Assembly (NCBI RefSeq): GCF_023055435.1
Contig: NW_025964334.1
Span: 31,000,001 to 31,064,000 of the forward strand
Source of the DNA: Haliotis rufescens
Lineage: Eukaryota
Length of the DNA stretch: 64,000 nt
Direction: 5' to 3'
A program made the translations under genes and the position numbers. Shown in pieces: positions 62,101-64,000 of this stretch (positions are counted from its first letter, which is position 1; the number at the start of each line of letters is the position of its first letter). The notes under the pieces were generated by a model, which worked only from the letters and a program-made list of their open reading frames with translations, was not told the origin of the DNA and made no database searches.

Positions 62101-63873
62101 TGGGTGTGAGAGAGTCGTTCAGGCTGTACTGGATGTGAGGGAGTCGTTCAGGCTGTACTGGGTGTGAGGGAGTCGTTCAGGCTGTACTGGGTGTGAGGGA
62201 GTCGTTCAGGCTGTACTGGATGTGAGGGAGTCGTTCAGGCTGTACTGGATGTGAGGGAGTCGTTCAGGCTGTACTGGGTGTGAGGGAGTCGTTCAGGCTG
62301 TACTGGATGTGAGGGAGTCGTTCAGGCTGTACTGGATGTGAGGGAGTCGTTCAGGCTGTACTGGATGTGAGGGAGTCGTTCAGGCTGTACTGGATGTGAG
62401 AGAGTAGTTCAGGCTGTACTGGGTGTGAGAGAGTCGTTCAGGCTGTACTGGATGTGAGAGAGTCGTTCAGGCTGTACTGGATGTGAGGGAGTCGTTCAGG
62501 CTGTACTGAATGTGAGGGAGTAGTTCAGGCTGTACTGGATGTGAGGGAGTAGTTCAGGCTGTACTGGGTGTGAGAGAGTCGTTCAGGCTGTACTGGATGT
62601 GAGGGAGTCGTTCAGGCTGTACTGAATGTGAGGGAGTAGTTCAGGCTGTACTGGATGTGAGGGAGTAGTTCAGGCTGTACTGGGTGTGAGAGAGTCGTTC
62701 AGGCTGTACTGGATGTGAGGGAGTCGTTCAGGCTGTACTGAATGTGAGGGAGTAGTTCAGGCTGTACTGGATGTGAGGGAGTAGTTCAGGCTGTACTGGA
62801 TGTGAGGGAGTCGTTCAGGCTGTACTGGATGTGAAGGAGTTCAGGCTGTACTGTGTGAGGGAGTCGTTCAGGCTGTACTGAATGTGAGGTAGTCGTTCAG
62901 GCTGTGCTGTGTGAGGGAGTCGTTCAGGCTGTACTGGGTGTTAGGTAGTCGTTCAGGCTGTGCTGGGTGTGAGGGAGTCGTTCAGGCTGTACTGGATGTG
63001 AGGGAGTCGTTCAGGCTGTACTGTGTGAGGGAGTCATTCAGGCTGTACTGGATGTGAAGGAGTTCAGGCTGTGCTGGGTGTGAGAGAGTCGTTCAGGCTG
63101 TACTGTGTGAGGGAGTCGTTCAGGCTGTACTGGATGTGAGGGAGTTCAGGCTGTACTGGATGTGAGGGAGTCGTTCAGCCTGTACTGGATGTGAGGGAGT
63201 CGTTCAGGCTGTACTGGATGTGAGGGAGTCGTTCAGGCTGTACTGGATGTGAGAGAGTCGTTCAGGCTGTACTGGATGTGAGGGAGTCGTTCAGGCTGTA
63301 CTGGGTGTGAGGGAGTCGTTCAGGCTGTACTGGGTGTGAGGGAGTCGTTCAGGCTGTACTGGATGTGAGGGAGTCGTTCAGGCTGTACTGGATGTGAGGG
63401 AGTCGTTCAGGCTGTACTGGGTGTGAGGGAGTCGTTCAGGCTGTACTGGATGTGAGGGAGTCGTTCAGGCTGTACTGGATGTGAGGGAGTCGTTCAGGCT
63501 GTACTGGATGTGAGGGAGTCGTTCAGGCTGTACTGGATGTGAGAGAGTCGTTCAGGCTGTACTGGATGTGAGGGAGTCGTTCAGGCTGTACTGGATGTGA
63601 GGGAGTCGTTCAGGCTGTACTGGATGTGAGAGAGTCGTTCAGTCTGTACTGGATGTGAGGGAGTCGTTCATGCTGTACTGGATGTGAGAGAGTCGTTCAG
63701 GCTGTACTGGGTGTGAGGGAGTCGTTCAGGCTGTACTGGATGTGAGGGAGTCGTTCAGGCTGTACTGGATGTGAGGGAGTCGTTCAGGCTGTACTGGATG
63801 TGAGGGAGTCGCTCAGGCTGTACTGTGTGAGGGAGTCGTTCAGGCTGTACTGGATGTGAGGGAGCTGTTCAGG
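59112..63873. repeat. Satellite/minisatellite, 29-bp unit GAGTCGTTCAGGCTGTACTGG(A/G)TGTGAG(G/A), roughly 160-165 copies
   Basis: Read directly; head-to-tail with no spacers; shorter deletion variants present. Confidence 0.98.
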
Positions 63874-64000
63874 GCTTGTTCCAGTTGCTGGATACGTGAC
63901 TCCTTCTACAAATAGCAAAATGAGTTTTCATGCATGAACAAAGTGATTTGAATGAGCGATTTGATATTACCGCCCCTCTGAAATGTATTTCAGTTATATC

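Noticed and set aside
59112-63873. CRISPR array (29-bp repeats) or repetitive CDS (ORF 61137-61322)
   Set aside because: Units are head-to-tail with no unique spacers, there are no cas genes, and the context is eukaryotic; 29 is not a multiple of 3 and TGA stops recur on the plus strand

Overview
Eukaryotic, AT-rich, repeat-dense invertebrate genomic DNA. The SINE types suggest a mollusc, probably a gastropod such as abalone (inference). I reconstructed four spliced protein-coding genes by hand, all with GT-AG introns whose phases match. (1) A 153-aa Ly6/uPAR (three-finger) protein, probably GPI-anchored (+, 19333-22250). (2) A 404-aa C2H2 zinc-finger protein with an Ikaros/Hunchback-type 4+2 finger layout (-, 33693-32310). 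(3) A stand-alone BPL_N / class I glutamine-amidotransferase-like protein of about 311-325 aa with an apparently intact Cys...His-x-Glu triad (-, ~44091-40366). (4) A 506-aa SVOP/SV2-like MFS transporter (+, 46909-50899). There is also an orphan signal-peptide exon (-, 16908-16830) of a probable fifth gene that runs off the left edge. The rest is repeat DNA: four retroposon families with related 3' tails (three tRNA-headed, one with a structured non-tRNA head), a decayed Tc1 element, several MITE or hairpin elements, a 110-bp x8 array and a ~4.8-kb 29-bp satellite with higher-order structure. Most short ORFs in the supplied track are spurious. The best leads are a TSD-flanked Penelope-like insertion carrying a minimal hammerhead ribozyme, with an empty-site paralog nearby; the multi-stem 5' head of the non-tRNA retroposon (a candidate ribozyme or structured RNA); and the stand-alone BPL_N enzyme.
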